A stretch of 64,000 nucleotides of DNA from an uncultured virus (IMG/VR IMGVR_UViG_3300023109_001853) (Duplodnaviria > Heunggongvirae > Uroviricota > Caudoviricetes). The position numbers were made by a program, and so were the translations under genes. Under the pieces are notes generated by a model. That model ran no database searches and had not been told where the DNA came from. It saw nothing but the letters and a program-made list of their open reading frames with translations. This document shows positions 38,369 through 50,463 of the stretch, in pieces. Location of the stretch: IMG/VR virus record IMGVR_UViG_3300023109_001853. One strand, 5' to 3'. The stretch's first letter is position 1. Every line of letters begins with the position of its first letter.

Positions 38369-38806
38369 ATGAGCGGTATGCAATTGGTAGGTCCGTACCT
38401 AACAACAACTAACTATAAGAAGCGCAAGCAGAAGCAGCGTACTAAGGCACAACAAGTTAAATTTGAACAAGAACATCGTGAATACAATAAAAGTATGAAA
38501 CGCATGCATTGTCACTCACAGATGATGACACTTGAAGAATACGACTTATATGTGCGTGGGCAGTTTAAGCCTAAGACTAAAGCAGCACCTAAATCTCTTA
38601 CACAAGCTAGATCTTATCGTAGAGAAACAGAACAGCATCCAAGTGCAGGTACAGGAGTTGGCAATGGATTTAAGCGTGAAACAAATACCTATTCAGGCGA
38701 ACGGCAATTGTTAGGCATCGCAACGATGCACAAAAGCAATATGGTTCCTATCTTTGCAGATAACAAAGAAGAAGCCAAAGAAATTGCACAAATGCGCAGA
38801 AACTAA
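38369..38806 (+). CDS. conserved phage hypothetical protein
   Basis: TTGACA-N17-TATACT promoter, AGGAG RBS; GIATMHKSNMVP motif. Confidence 0.8.
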   Translation: MSGMQLVGPYLTTTNYKKRKQKQRTKAQQVKFEQEHREYNKSMKRMHCHSQMMTLEEYDLYVRGQFKPKTKAAPKSLTQARSYRRETEQHPSAGTGVGNGFKRETNTYSGERQLLGIATMHKSNMVPIFADNKEEAKEIAQMRRN

Positions 38807-38815
38807 GAGGCAGAA

Positions 38816-39307
38816 ATGAAACTTTATATTATGGCAGCAGCAATGCTGGTATTCGCGTCGGCAGCAAATGCAAAAGGATTGTTTACAGCAGAAGACAACC
38901 CTGAGATGTGGTGCCTGGCACAGAACATCTATTATGAAGCACGTGGTAGCAATCGAGCAGATCGAATTGCAGTTGCTGATGTTGTTCTCAATCGTGTAAA
39001 TGACAAACGTTATCCTAATACTATATGTAATGTAGTACAACAAGGTTTGAAACATGCTAACGGTTCAATGAAGCGTAACAGGTGTCAGTTCAGTTGGTAC
39101 TGTGATGGCAAGAGCGACTGGCCATCTGATATGGACGCTTGGATAGATGCACAACAAATTGCATATATGATGATTGTTTACAATGACGGCCGAGGCCTGT
39201 CAGAAGGATCAACACACTATCATGCAAGATACGTATCACCTGAATGGGCACGTGACTTACAACTTGTAGGACGCATTGGAGTACACATTTTCTACCGTTG
39301 GGAATAG
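38816..39307 (+). CDS. SleB-type cell wall hydrolase
   Basis: Signal peptide; CLAQNIYYEARG..VVLNRV..YPNTIC.VV..CQFSW..HYHA..IG.HIFY. Confidence 0.93.
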   Translation: MKLYIMAAAMLVFASAANAKGLFTAEDNPEMWCLAQNIYYEARGSNRADRIAVADVVLNRVNDKRYPNTICNVVQQGLKHANGSMKRNRCQFSWYCDGKSDWPSDMDAWIDAQQIAYMMIVYNDGRGLSEGSTHYHARYVSPEWARDLQLVGRIGVHIFYRWE

Positions 39308-39349
39308 TGTTAGCACTTAATTCTTCAATCAAATGGGGTTAAATAGTAT

Positions 39350-41326
39350 ATGAAGTTAGGTATTCTCACATTAATAACAGCATTGTGTATCAGTGCTGTT
39401 GCAATATATTACTCTGTCGCAGGATTGGTTGCAATCTTTGCGGCAGCAGCCGTACCCATTATGATTATGGGCGGCACATTAGAAATAGCAAAACTTGTAA
39501 CCGCGGTGTGGTTACATAAGTATTGGAAGCAAGCAACTTGGTGGCTTAAAAGTTATCTCAGCATTGCCGTTGTTGTACTCATGTTTATTACAAGCATGGG
39601 CATCTTTGGCTTCCTATCAAAAGCACACATTGAACAAACAAGTGCAAGTGAAGAAAGTGTCGCTAGAGTCGAAACAATACAAAGTGAAATTGATAGACAA
39701 CTAGGCATTGTAGGTAGAGCCGAAAATAGAATACGTCAATTAGAATCTAGTGAAACTGGTGCTGACGCAAATATACAAGCACAAATTGACAAAGAACAAG
39801 TGCGTATTGATAAAGCATTTGATCGTATTCAGCCTGCTATTACACAACAGAACACAATTATTACAGACGCTAGAGCAAATGATTCTACACGTACAAAGCC
39901 ATACGAAGATCAGCTTACAAGTATTACAGCAGAGATCCTACGTTTAGAAACTAGTGCTAAAGAATACGAAACTAAGATTGCAGGACTAAATGCAGACTCA
40001 AGTGGAGTTGAACCTTTACTAGCACAAATAGATGCAATTGAAAAAGAAATCATTCGTGTTACTAATCAACTACAAAGTAGCGAGCGTGATCAAATACGTG
40101 CGGGACAAGCCATCATAGGTGTTACTAGTGACGGAGCATTTGGCGGAAACACACGTAGAGCATTAGTAGCTTGGGTTGCGGCACAACGTGAACGTATAAC
40201 ACAGATACAAGGCGAAGTAGCAACAGTACGCAAAAACGCTACAGACACAGTAGACAACGAGCGTGTAAGACTAGCAGACGTAGTTAAGGATATACGTACA
40301 GTACAAATTCCTGCGCTCAAAGAACGTGAGCTTACAATGCTAGGCAAGATTGACGAAGTGCGTCAAACTGAATCACCTAGTATCGCTACAGCACGTAATG
40401 AAATACAAAGACTACGTGAAAGTGCTGAAGCACAAGTTGCACAGTCACAAGAACTTATTCAACGACTACAATTACAAATTGGTGATGAAGATACACAAGT
40501 TGAAGTCCAAAAGAGTATAGACGAACAGAACGAACGTGTTCGAACCGCATCTTCCGAGATAGAAACACTTACAGAAGAACGCATTGTACTAGAAGCAGAG
40601 TACCGCAAACTAGAAGCAGAAGTAGGACCTATCAAGTACATTGCTGAATTTGTTTATGGTGAGAACGCAGACAACAACATGCTTGAAGAAGCTGTACGTT
40701 GGGTAATTGTAATTATTATCTTTGTGTTTGATCCACTAGCAGTTCTACTATTAATTGCCGCACAATATACCTTCGAGTTTAATCGCAAGCCTGAAGATGA
40801 CGACGGTGAACGTCTTCGGCTCGAGAGACAAGAATTTGAACGAGCAAGAGCACAAGCAATAGTTGACAATCCTGGATTTACACTTGATGATCCTGTACCT
40901 CCAACTGATGAAGATCCAGTTGAGCCTACGCTTGAGGAACCGAAGTACGAAGACATCGATCAAGAAACAATAGACAACGAGTTTAACGATGAGTTTGGTG
41001 ATATAGAAGAACTCCGAAAAGAAGCTTCTCTGCATGATGACGAAATACCGATTGACGAAACTGCTGAACAAAAAGAACGCAGGCAAATATACGAGAAACT
41101 AGAATCTACAGACGAGTTTAAAAATTCAAAGCAAGCGTGGAAAGATACTCATCCTCACGAAACACTTAAACTTCAAAAAAAATTATTTATTGACGGCGTG
41201 ATAGAAACATTGCCTTGGGAAAGTTCAGAATTCGATAGCTCACTATCTGAAAGTGGATATATACAGAACGAAGAACAAAACAATTCTAATAAACTTTGGA
41301 ATAAAATCAATAAAGGTGATGAATGA
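39350..41326 (+). CDS. membrane-anchored long coiled-coil protein with internal PG-binding motif
   Basis: 3 N-terminal TM, coiled coil, GVTSDGAFGGNTRRAL, TM near FDPLAV, acidic tail. Confidence 0.75.
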   Translation: MKLGILTLITALCISAVAIYYSVAGLVAIFAAAAVPIMIMGGTLEIAKLVTAVWLHKYWKQATWWLKSYLSIAVVVLMFITSMGIFGFLSKAHIEQTSASEESVARVETIQSEIDRQLGIVGRAENRIRQLESSETGADANIQAQIDKEQVRIDKAFDRIQPAITQQNTIITDARANDSTRTKPYEDQLTSITAEILRLETSAKEYETKIAGLNADSSGVEPLLAQIDAIEKEIIRVTNQLQSSERDQIRAGQAIIGVTSDGAFGGNTRRALVAWVAAQRERITQIQGEVATVRKNATDTVDNERVRLADVVKDIRTVQIPALKERELTMLGKIDEVRQTESPSIATARNEIQRLRESAEAQVAQSQELIQRLQLQIGDEDTQVEVQKSIDEQNERVRTASSEIETLTEERIVLEAEYRKLEAEVGPIKYIAEFVYGENADNNMLEEAVRWVIVIIIFVFDPLAVLLLIAAQYTFEFNRKPEDDDGERLRLERQEFERARAQAIVDNPGFTLDDPVPPTDEDPVEPTLEEPKYEDIDQETIDNEFNDEFGDIEELRKEASLHDDEIPIDETAEQKERRQIYEKLESTDEFKNSKQAWKDTHPHETLKLQKKLFIDGVIETLPWESSEFDSSLSESGYIQNEEQNNSNKLWNKINKGDE

Positions 41327-41727
41327 GTGGTATAAAATTAATTACACCTCCAGATAGAATATACACTACAGAATATAGTTTTTTACTAATATACCCTAGT
41401 AAAATTGTTAAAGAACAACTTCAAACATTGTTAATAGATACAAGCGAATCGATCAATGTATATCTGTATGAACCAGAAAAAGAACACGAAATAGAATGGT
41501 TACTTGATGTATTTTATCAAGTTGATACTGTTATATTGGATATTGACAATTGTGACACTAGAATAAGAGAATTAGCATCTTACTTTTTGTCAAAAGATAA
41601 AACTTATTGGTTGACAAACGGCCAAGACTCGTTTTATAATGTTATTAGTAAAAATAGAGTCTTTGACTTAGACTTTTTAAAACACAAAATAGGAGAAAAT
41701 TTTGAAGCACCGACAGCAAAGAAATAA
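41323..41727 (+). CDS. hypothetical protein
   Basis: ATGA overlap, LITPPD motif. Confidence 0.7.
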   Translation: MSGIKLITPPDRIYTTEYSFLLIYPSKIVKEQLQTLLIDTSESINVYLYEPEKEHEIEWLLDVFYQVDTVILDIDNCDTRIRELASYFLSKDKTYWLTNGQDSFYNVISKNRVFDLDFLKHKIGENFEAPTAKK

Positions 41728-41959
41728 CGATAAGTTTGAGAAACGTGGGTTAAGCGTTGAAGTACGAAACAATGATGTTAACCAAGCACTACGCAAATTT
41801 AAAAAGAAAGTTCAAGAAGACGGTATTCTTCAAGAACTACGTGAAAGAGAACACTTTGTAAAACCAAGTTTGAAGCGTAAGAAAGCAAAAGCAGCTGGTA
41901 GAGCTCGCTGGCTTAAACAACAAGCAAAAGATAATATACATTCTAAAAGACTTTATTAA
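41702..41959 (+). CDS. rpsU: 30S ribosomal protein S21
   Basis: [37 protein letters not shown]. Confidence 0.93.
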   Translation: MKHRQQRNNDKFEKRGLSVEVRNNDVNQALRKFKKKVQEDGILQELREREHFVKPSLKRKKAKAAGRARWLKQQAKDNIHSKRLY

Positions 41960-41970
41960 AAGAGATAAAA

Positions 41971-43113
41971 ATGCGTATTGATAATGAACTCCGCTTAGAC
42001 TACAAAGACGTATTAATCCGTCCAAAACGTAGCACACTTAAAAGTCGCAAACAAGTGCAATTAGAGCGCAGGTTTATGTTTCGTAACTACGACCCAGACT
42101 TCCCAGATAACATCGAAGACCATCACTATCGTGGCATTCCTATTATGGCAAGTAATATGGATGGTGTCGGCACATTTGCAATGGCAGATAAACTTGCCGA
42201 AGGCAGAATCTTTACTTGCTTAGTAAAGACATATAGTGCAGATGAACTAATAGAGTACTTCGACAGTGACATGCCAGAGCGTACAGCTAATGTTGCTATG
42301 AGTATTGGCACAAGTGATGATGACTGGTGCAAACTTGAAATAGTTTATGCAATAGTTAAAGACAAATTAAAATACGTATGTATGGACATTGCAAATGGTT
42401 ACTCAGATCACTTTGCACAACACGTTAGGAAAGTGCGTAAAGCATTTCCACATTTAGTAATCATCGCTGGTAATGTAGTAACAGGCGAAATGACGGAGGA
42501 ACTTATTCTTGCTGGCGCTGATATTGTTAAAGTTGGCATTGGACCTGGGAGTGTTTGTACTACTCGTATCCAAACTGGAGTTGGATATCCCCAACTTTCC
42601 GCAGTCATCGAGTGCGCAGATGCTGCTCACGGTTTGGGCGGTCACATCATTGCTGACGGTGGCTGCACTTGTCCAGGCGATGTAGCTAAAGCATTTGCTG
42701 CTGGGGCAGACTTCGTAATGCTGGGCGGCATGCTTGCTGGACACGATGAAGGTGGTGGCGAAGTAATCACTAAGATTTATGAAACAGACGAAGTTATTAA
42801 AACAGATGATAACTTCTACGAATCAGTATACAAAGAAAAACAGTTTGTGCAATTCTACGGTATGAGTAGTACTAGTGCAAACGACAAACATTTTGGTGGA
42901 TTGAAAAACTATCGTTCATCAGAAGGACGCACAGTGTTAGTGCCTTACAGAGGAGAAGTAGCTAGAACGGTACAAGAGATCCTCGGAGGTGTGCGTAGTA
43001 CATGTACCTATGCAGGTGCATTGAAACTCAAACAACTGGCAAAGTGTACAACATTTATTCGTTGCACACAAACACATAATTCTATTTACGAAAAAAATAC
43101 TATAGGAAATTAA
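41971..43113 (+). CDS. guaC: GMP reductase
   Basis: [55 protein letters not shown]. Confidence 0.95.
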   Translation: MRIDNELRLDYKDVLIRPKRSTLKSRKQVQLERRFMFRNYDPDFPDNIEDHHYRGIPIMASNMDGVGTFAMADKLAEGRIFTCLVKTYSADELIEYFDSDMPERTANVAMSIGTSDDDWCKLEIVYAIVKDKLKYVCMDIANGYSDHFAQHVRKVRKAFPHLVIIAGNVVTGEMTEELILAGADIVKVGIGPGSVCTTRIQTGVGYPQLSAVIECADAAHGLGGHIIADGGCTCPGDVAKAFAAGADFVMLGGMLAGHDEGGGEVITKIYETDEVIKTDDNFYESVYKEKQFVQFYGMSSTSANDKHFGGLKNYRSSEGRTVLVPYRGEVARTVQEILGGVRSTCTYAGALKLKQLAKCTTFIRCTQTHNSIYEKNTIGN

Positions 43114-43116
43114 GAT

Positions 43117-43404
43117 ATGAATCTAAGACCAATTTTAGATAAAATTATTATCAAACCACAAGAACCTGAACAAAAAACAACAGGCGGCATTATTATTGCT
43201 AATGTTAAAAATGAAGGTATTATTAAAGCTGAAGTATTATCAGTTGGCCCTGGCGCTCATGATAGTAAGGAAGACTTTGTAGTACCAGATGTTAATGTAG
43301 GAGACATTGTCTTAGTTAATAATATGTCAGGACAACAAATTAATTACGATGACAACGAATATATTGTTATAACCAATAATGAAATAGTTGCTATTCTTGA
43401 TTAA
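43117..43404 (+). CDS. groES: co-chaperonin GroES
   Basis: LRPILDKIII..KTTGGIII..VGPG..VGDIV. Confidence 0.93.
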   Translation: MNLRPILDKIIIKPQEPEQKTTGGIIIANVKNEGIIKAEVLSVGPGAHDSKEDFVVPDVNVGDIVLVNNMSGQQINYDDNEYIVITNNEIVAILD

Positions 43405-43411
43405 CTAATTA

Positions 43412-45093
<1,682 letters not shown>

Positions 45094-45109
45094 TGTGATA
45101 AATAAATAT

Positions 45110-45191
45110 GTACAGCAAAAAGATCTTTTGCTGTGCATAGGACGCCGAAAGGGTCCTATATTAAATCTTGCTTTTTTAAAGGAGAAACAAA
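45110..45191 (+). promoter_or_regulatory. ROSE-like RNA thermometer in hsp20 5' UTR
   Basis: Three hairpins; ATAGGAC-GCCGAAAGG-GTCCTAT then AATCTTGCT pairing with AGGAGA. Confidence 0.8.
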
Positions 45192-45665
45192 ATGACAAGA
45201 CTAACAACTCTAGACCTACCACAACTACACAGAGCTACTATCGGCTTTGACAGACTATTTAATGAACTGGACAGACAGTTTGCAAATAGTCCAAACGGAA
45301 ATGGTTACCCTCCATACAACATTGCACAAATCAACGAAGACGAGTATATGATCTCTCTTGCGGTTGCGGGCTTTGGTATGGATAATTTGGATATTACCAA
45401 AGACGGTAAAATTCTGCGTATTGAAGGTACATCTCCGAAAGGTGATGAAAATGTAAACTACCTACACAAAGGTATCGGCGGACGTAACTTCCGCAGAGAG
45501 TTTACACTTGCCGACCATGTAGACGTAATAAATGCTGGGCTTGAACTAGGTATGCTTAATGTACACTTAAAGCGTGAGCTTCCAGAAGAACTACAACCAA
45601 AGACAATTAAAATCACAGACTGGAATGGTCATGTGACAGAAACAATCGACACAGACAGCAAGTAA
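45192..45665 (+). CDS. ibpA: small heat shock protein Hsp20 (IbpA-like)
   Basis: IGFDRLF, YPPYNI, LAVAGF, YLHKGI..R.F.REFTLA, GML.V.L. Confidence 0.95.
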   Translation: MTRLTTLDLPQLHRATIGFDRLFNELDRQFANSPNGNGYPPYNIAQINEDEYMISLAVAGFGMDNLDITKDGKILRIEGTSPKGDENVNYLHKGIGGRNFRREFTLADHVDVINAGLELGMLNVHLKRELPEELQPKTIKITDWNGHVTETIDTDSK

Positions 45666-45671
45666 GCAGTC

Positions 45672-45697
45672 TAGGGGGAGTGAAATATCTCCCCCTA
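45672..45697 (+). terminator. terminator-like hairpin
   Basis: TAGGGGGAG..CTCCCCCTA. Confidence 0.7.
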
Positions 45698-45716
45698 TTA
45701 TTAATAGGAGAAACAA

Positions 45717-46022
45717 ATGAGTAATGATACAGACATCATTATTGACGAAAAAGTTGAAATTAATATTTCTGAACCTACAAAATATAAAATCGTCATGTTA
45801 AATGATGAAAAAACTCCGATGGAATGGGTAATTCATGTACTAACAGTAATATTTGGACATTCCCAAGAAACTGCCGAAAAGCTAACACTTCAAATTCATA
45901 ACGAAGGAAGTGCAATTGTTGGTATATACAGTTACGAAATAGCCGAACAGAAAACTGTCGAAACAATAAATTCAAGTAGAGACAAGGGCTTCCCGTTACA
46001 AGTAAGGATGGATAGTGAGTAA
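45717..46022 (+). CDS. clpS: ATP-dependent Clp protease adaptor ClpS
   Basis: YKIVMLNDEKTPMEWVI.VL..IF..IHNEG.AIVG.YSYEIAE.K..FPL. Confidence 0.93.
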   Translation: MSNDTDIIIDEKVEINISEPTKYKIVMLNDEKTPMEWVIHVLTVIFGHSQETAEKLTLQIHNEGSAIVGIYSYEIAEQKTVETINSSRDKGFPLQVRMDSE

Positions 46023-46578
46023 TTTAAAAGAATTAACAAAAGAACAACACACAAATGCAGAACGACAAAGTTTTGTAAAAGTGCTAATGAGTGGCAAAAT
46101 TAATCCAAAATTTTATGCTGCATATTTATGGAATCAACATAAGAAATACGATCTACTAGAAGCTATGGCAGCAGTAAACGGTATTTGGATTGATATTCCT
46201 TTTCCAATACATCGTAAGATGGCTATTGAGCAAGACTTCTTAGAGCTATGGGATGACAAAGAAAACCCACCGCCAATTGTTCCTAGTACACACGAATACA
46301 TTGAACACATGCGTGACATAATGACAGACCGTGATGCTATCATGGCACATATCTATACATTACATATGGGAGATTTGAGCGGCGGACAAATGATTGGGCG
46401 TAAAGTTCCTGGTGAAGGGCGCATGTATCAGTTTGAAGGCGACATTAACGAGATTAAAGAAGCAATTCGATCACAGACGTCAGATGACATGGCTGAAGAA
46501 GCAAAATACGTTTTTGATTCAGCAGCTAATTTATTTAAAGAGCTTATGGAGTTAGACATTGAGCATTATCTGGAATAG
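46015..46578 (+). CDS. hemO: heme oxygenase
   Basis: LKELTKEQHTNAE proximal His; AHIYTLHMGDLSGGQ; EEAKYVF. Confidence 0.92.
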   Translation: MSNLKELTKEQHTNAERQSFVKVLMSGKINPKFYAAYLWNQHKKYDLLEAMAAVNGIWIDIPFPIHRKMAIEQDFLELWDDKENPPPIVPSTHEYIEHMRDIMTDRDAIMAHIYTLHMGDLSGGQMIGRKVPGEGRMYQFEGDINEIKEAIRSQTSDDMAEEAKYVFDSAANLFKELMELDIEHYLE

Positions 46579-47245
46579 ACTAATAGAGTGTAAAGATGAA
46601 ATTATCAACATTTTTGAAGAACGTGCAACAGAGTTTGACGAACCGGGTCTTGCCCATTTTAATAACGATTTGTGGATTAATCGCGTTTGGTGCAATGATA
46701 ATGTTAGGCGGGCTCACATTGATGTTGTAGATGCTCGTGACTCTAAAGGGTTATGGATGATGCACGTATGCGTGTTTCCTGTGCTTAACAATGATGGTCC
46801 TATTTACGGCTTTGATGTTATTGCAGGTAAAAACAAAATGACAGGCGCATTCCACGACTTCTCAGCAAGTAGCGACCCTAATCATCCTATGATTGAAGGA
46901 TACAAAGAAGCAGTTGCAGACTTTATTCCTAAAAAACAACGACAGCTACCAGAGTGGGCAACTAACATCTTTACAGATAAAATGCTTGCCGCAGGTAATG
47001 TAAGTACAGAAGAAGAAGCTGTAGCAATTATTGAACTTGCTCTCAATAACTTACGTGCTTACTTTGACGAGATTGGAGAATTTACTGGATTCGGCGATCG
47101 TGACTTAGTAGCAGCATCGCAAAACTATTACTGTCATAATCAGCAACAGAATCCGCACACTCCTCGCACAATGAAGTCGTTAGGACTTGACGAAGCAGAC
47201 GTAGATAGGTTCTGCACAGATATGCTGTTTCCTAAAATAGTATAA
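46559..47245 (+). CDS. pcyX: ferredoxin-dependent bilin reductase, PcyX/PcyA-like
   Basis: RRAHIDVVD..GLWMMH.C.FP..PIYGFDVIAG..GAFHDFS; LPEWA..IF; YC..QQQNPHT; adjacent to heme oxygenase. Confidence 0.85.
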   Translation: MSIIWNRLIECKDEIINIFEERATEFDEPGLAHFNNDLWINRVWCNDNVRRAHIDVVDARDSKGLWMMHVCVFPVLNNDGPIYGFDVIAGKNKMTGAFHDFSASSDPNHPMIEGYKEAVADFIPKKQRQLPEWATNIFTDKMLAAGNVSTEEEAVAIIELALNNLRAYFDEIGEFTGFGDRDLVAASQNYYCHNQQQNPHTPRTMKSLGLDEADVDRFCTDMLFPKIV

Positions 47246-47272
47246 ATACTAAAAAGAAATAGGAACACTTAG

Positions 47273-48661
47273 ATGCGCTATAATGATTTTAAATTAGTAG
47301 AAACAAAAGTACTAGCAGAAGCCAAAGGTGTATTTGGTCGCAACGCAGGCGATAGATTTGTACACGGTGATGGTAGAGAATATAGTATCGTTGAAGTAGT
47401 AGCATACCCAGATGCACAAGTACAACGTTTTGAAGATGCCGCAGCAAGAGATGCCGCAATTAAACAAATTGAAGCAGAAAATAAAATTACTATTGAATGG
47501 GTAAACAAGCCTGCATCTAACATGCTTGCATTTGGACTTGCAATTTTAGATGATGCAGATAGCGGACATGTTTACTGGGGCAAATACTTACAATTTGCTA
47601 AACACGATATGTTAGGCACCTGGGGAAATAATCAAGTTCCGCCAGGTTGGCAACTAGCTACCAAAGGTGCGCAGAAGATACAAGCTGGATATGATCCACA
47701 ACATCTAATTGCTACTGAACAACAGTTTAGTGGTGTTGAATCTATTATTAAACAAGTAGAATCTAAAGCACCAGAAGGCATACAAGATATATTTGTTGGT
47801 GCTCTAAAAGACCTATCACAAGGTAACGGAAATGTTGTATTCCCAGGAATGAATGAGCAGGCACCTGCTATCCGTGATTACTTTGGTGAAATTATGCAAC
47901 CAGTTGCAATGATGGGCGGAGTTATTGGCGGACAAGCAGAAGCAGCTCGCGAAGTATTAGCAGAAGGAGCTCGCTGGAGTGACTGTAAAGTTTATTGGCC
48001 AATGGCAATGAACGCAGCATTATGCGATAGTTTCTTAATTGCTCCTAATGGACAAGAAATTGGTATTAGTTCAAAAGGCGGTTCAGGTGCAAAAGCTAGT
48101 GCTAAAAATTTATTTGATGCCGCTGAAAAAGCTAGAAAAGAAGGCAACACAGAGTTGCTTGAAAACAATGCATACACTGTTGATATTGTAACAAGGTTCC
48201 ATGAACTAAGTGCAAAAGAAGGTCCTTGTTCAGTTGGTGAATATCTAAACATTCCCGGCATTACGCAAAAACTACAAGAAGAAATTAACGGATATATGCA
48301 AACTGGTAAGTCAGATTTAGAAGGCATATCAGAAGCAGCAACAGACGTACTTGCTCCTTATAATGTAGTTCAAAGTACAAAAGGATTTAATGCCGGATAT
48401 GCAATCCTTTCAGGTGTTGCTAAAACAGTTGCTAAAGAAATTAATAAGAATCCTAATTTTACCAAAGGCGCTCTTGCATTGCTTAATCAATCAAGTGTTA
48501 TCCAAGTTTACACTAAGATGGGCAAGCGTGGCGATGACGCAGTACTAGGTGCATTTACAGCAGTGTATCCTCCCAACTTCGAAGGCAAAATTCTATTAGA
48601 CGGTGGCAAGAACTATTATAGTTCAAGAGTCGGCGGCAAGATGGCCTTTGGTTTTGATTAA
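47273..48661 (+). CDS. late protein (putative virion internal), possible nuclease-like motif
   Basis: TATAAATA promoter; MRYNDFKLVE N-terminus; LCDSF..IGISSKGG. Confidence 0.6.
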   Translation: MRYNDFKLVETKVLAEAKGVFGRNAGDRFVHGDGREYSIVEVVAYPDAQVQRFEDAAARDAAIKQIEAENKITIEWVNKPASNMLAFGLAILDDADSGHVYWGKYLQFAKHDMLGTWGNNQVPPGWQLATKGAQKIQAGYDPQHLIATEQQFSGVESIIKQVESKAPEGIQDIFVGALKDLSQGNGNVVFPGMNEQAPAIRDYFGEIMQPVAMMGGVIGGQAEAAREVLAEGARWSDCKVYWPMAMNAALCDSFLIAPNGQEIGISSKGGSGAKASAKNLFDAAEKARKEGNTELLENNAYTVDIVTRFHELSAKEGPCSVGEYLNIPGITQKLQEEINGYMQTGKSDLEGISEAATDVLAPYNVVQSTKGFNAGYAILSGVAKTVAKEINKNPNFTKGALALLNQSSVIQVYTKMGKRGDDAVLGAFTAVYPPNFEGKILLDGGKNYYSSRVGGKMAFGFD

Positions 48662-48713
48662 GTTAAATTTATTGTTACTTCGATAAATACTATAGTAGAG
48701 CGTGAGGGCGCCA

Positions 48714-48989
48714 CTACAAGCGATATTTTTTCATCTTAGCAATTAATGCAGTGCGGCCTATGTCTAACGATATAGCCGCTTTTGTTTGATTACCAGATGC
48801 TAATTTAAGTGCATTTGTAATACGTTCACGTTCTAATGCTTCTAATTCTGCACACAAGCTATATTGGACCTCATCTGATAGTATTTCACCATGTGATCCC
48901 CACATCTCTTCAAACATATCAAAGAAATATTCTTGCTCATTTATACGTTGTTGTTTCTCATTTGATGTTTCCTGTTGTATTTTTAACAT
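48714..48989 (-). CDS. Fis-type helix-turn-helix protein
   Basis: LEALERERITNALKLASGNQTKAAISLDIGRTALIAKMKKY. Confidence 0.88.
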   Translation of the reverse strand: MLKIQQETSNEKQQRINEQEYFFDMFEEMWGSHGEILSDEVQYSLCAELEALERERITNALKLASGNQTKAAISLDIGRTALIAKMKKYRL

Positions 48990-49039
48990 GAGTAAGTGAT
49001 TTCCTATATTACAGATAAATACTGATGGAGAGTATTTTT

Positions 49040-49615
49040 ATGAGATTTTTAATTACTATAGTTTTATTTATGACAGCAACAACCGCTGGTGCTAATGAGT
49101 TGACGTTTGGATTTAAAAGTCCAGCGTTTAGTGGCATCGGATACAGTAGCCATGTGCTTACACTAGAGCAACTAGAAACAAACCGTAAGCAAAAGATCAA
49201 AGACGATGAACAAGCAGCAATTGAAAAAGCAGAGCGTGATTATAAGTCTACTAATGCATATAAGTTTAAGAACAATTTAGAATCACGTGTTTACGCTACA
49301 CTAAGTAAACAGATTGCAGATAGCATGTTTGATCAAACAGATGCTTGGCTAGAATTAACTGAGTACGGATATGGCGCAGTTATTACATACAACGGTAAGG
49401 AGTATAAGTCAACTACTAATCTTAATACAACAACACCTGGCACAGACGGCGCCAATTGGGAGTTAAGAGATAGTGAATGGGCAACTTCAGAAACACCGTT
49501 TGGTGACGTAGTAAGCTGGAAGCGCGAAGATGACAGAATTTATGTAGAAGTTAAAGATTCAAACGGCGATACTGTTGCTGAGTTTGATGTACCAGTTGGG
49601 GAGTTTGCATTTTAA
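49040..49615 (+). CDS. csgF: curli assembly protein CsgF-like with inserted CBM5/12-like module
   Basis: Signal peptide then ELTFGFKSPAFSG; F.NNLESRVY..LS.QI..MF; directly upstream of csgG. Confidence 0.8.
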   Translation: MRFLITIVLFMTATTAGANELTFGFKSPAFSGIGYSSHVLTLEQLETNRKQKIKDDEQAAIEKAERDYKSTNAYKFKNNLESRVYATLSKQIADSMFDQTDAWLELTEYGYGAVITYNGKEYKSTTNLNTTTPGTDGANWELRDSEWATSETPFGDVVSWKREDDRIYVEVKDSNGDTVAEFDVPVGEFAF

Positions 49616-50457
49616 TGAAACTTTTAGTGTCTACTTTAGCATTAGTATTTTTAAGTGGATGTTCAAGCTTGGTTCATATACCAGAGCCTGAGATGCCTGT
49701 GCTATTAAAAAATGAAAACACAGAATTTCATAACATATCTGCTCCGTCAACAGGCAAGTTGGTAGCAGCAGTATACGGATTTACGGATAAGACAGGGCAA
49801 CGTAAACCTAGTGAAAAGATGGCTAACATTAGTACAGCCGTTACACAAGGTGCAGAAGTATGGTTAATCAAGGCACTGCAAGAAGTAGGCGGCGGTAAAT
49901 GGTTTCAAGTAGTAGAGCGTGTGGGCTTAGATAATCTAACAAAAGAACGTCAGATTATCCGCCAAGCAAGACAAAGCGTAGGTGACGAACGTCAGTTAAA
50001 GCCTATGATGTTTGCTGGTGTAATAATAGAGGGCGGGATCATAGGGTATGATTCTAATGTACTAACTGGTGGCGCAGGTGCCAGATACTTAGGTGTTGGA
50101 CCAAGTACACAATACCGCAAGGATGTAGTTACAGTAACAATGCGTATGACTAGCACACAAACAGGCGAAGTATTATTGAGTGTAAGTACTACTAAAACTA
50201 TAATTAGTACAGGATCAAGTATGACATTCTTCCGTTTCTTTGATATGGGTACAACTAGTGTAGAAGTAGAAGCAGGACATACTATTAACGAGCCAGTAAA
50301 CTATGCAGTAAGAGTAGCAATTGAACAGGCAGTAGTAGAATTAATTAAAGCAGGCGAAAAGCGCAAACTTTGGAAATTTGATGTGCCGGAGAGTATTGAA
50401 CTATCCGAAGAACAACAGCAACAAGTTATAGAAGAAATAGAATCACTAGCAGAATAA
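49615..50457 (+). CDS. csgG: curli secretion channel CsgG-like lipoprotein
   Basis: Lipobox LSGC; AVYGFTDKTGQRKP, STAVTQGA, WFQVVER.GL.NL.KERQIIR, EGGIIGYDSN..TGGAGARYLG, NEPV. Confidence 0.95.
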   Translation: MKLLVSTLALVFLSGCSSLVHIPEPEMPVLLKNENTEFHNISAPSTGKLVAAVYGFTDKTGQRKPSEKMANISTAVTQGAEVWLIKALQEVGGGKWFQVVERVGLDNLTKERQIIRQARQSVGDERQLKPMMFAGVIIEGGIIGYDSNVLTGGAGARYLGVGPSTQYRKDVVTVTMRMTSTQTGEVLLSVSTTKTIISTGSSMTFFRFFDMGTTSVEVEAGHTINEPVNYAVRVAIEQAVVELIKAGEKRKLWKFDVPESIELSEEQQQQVIEEIESLAE

Positions 50458-50463
50458 TTAAGT

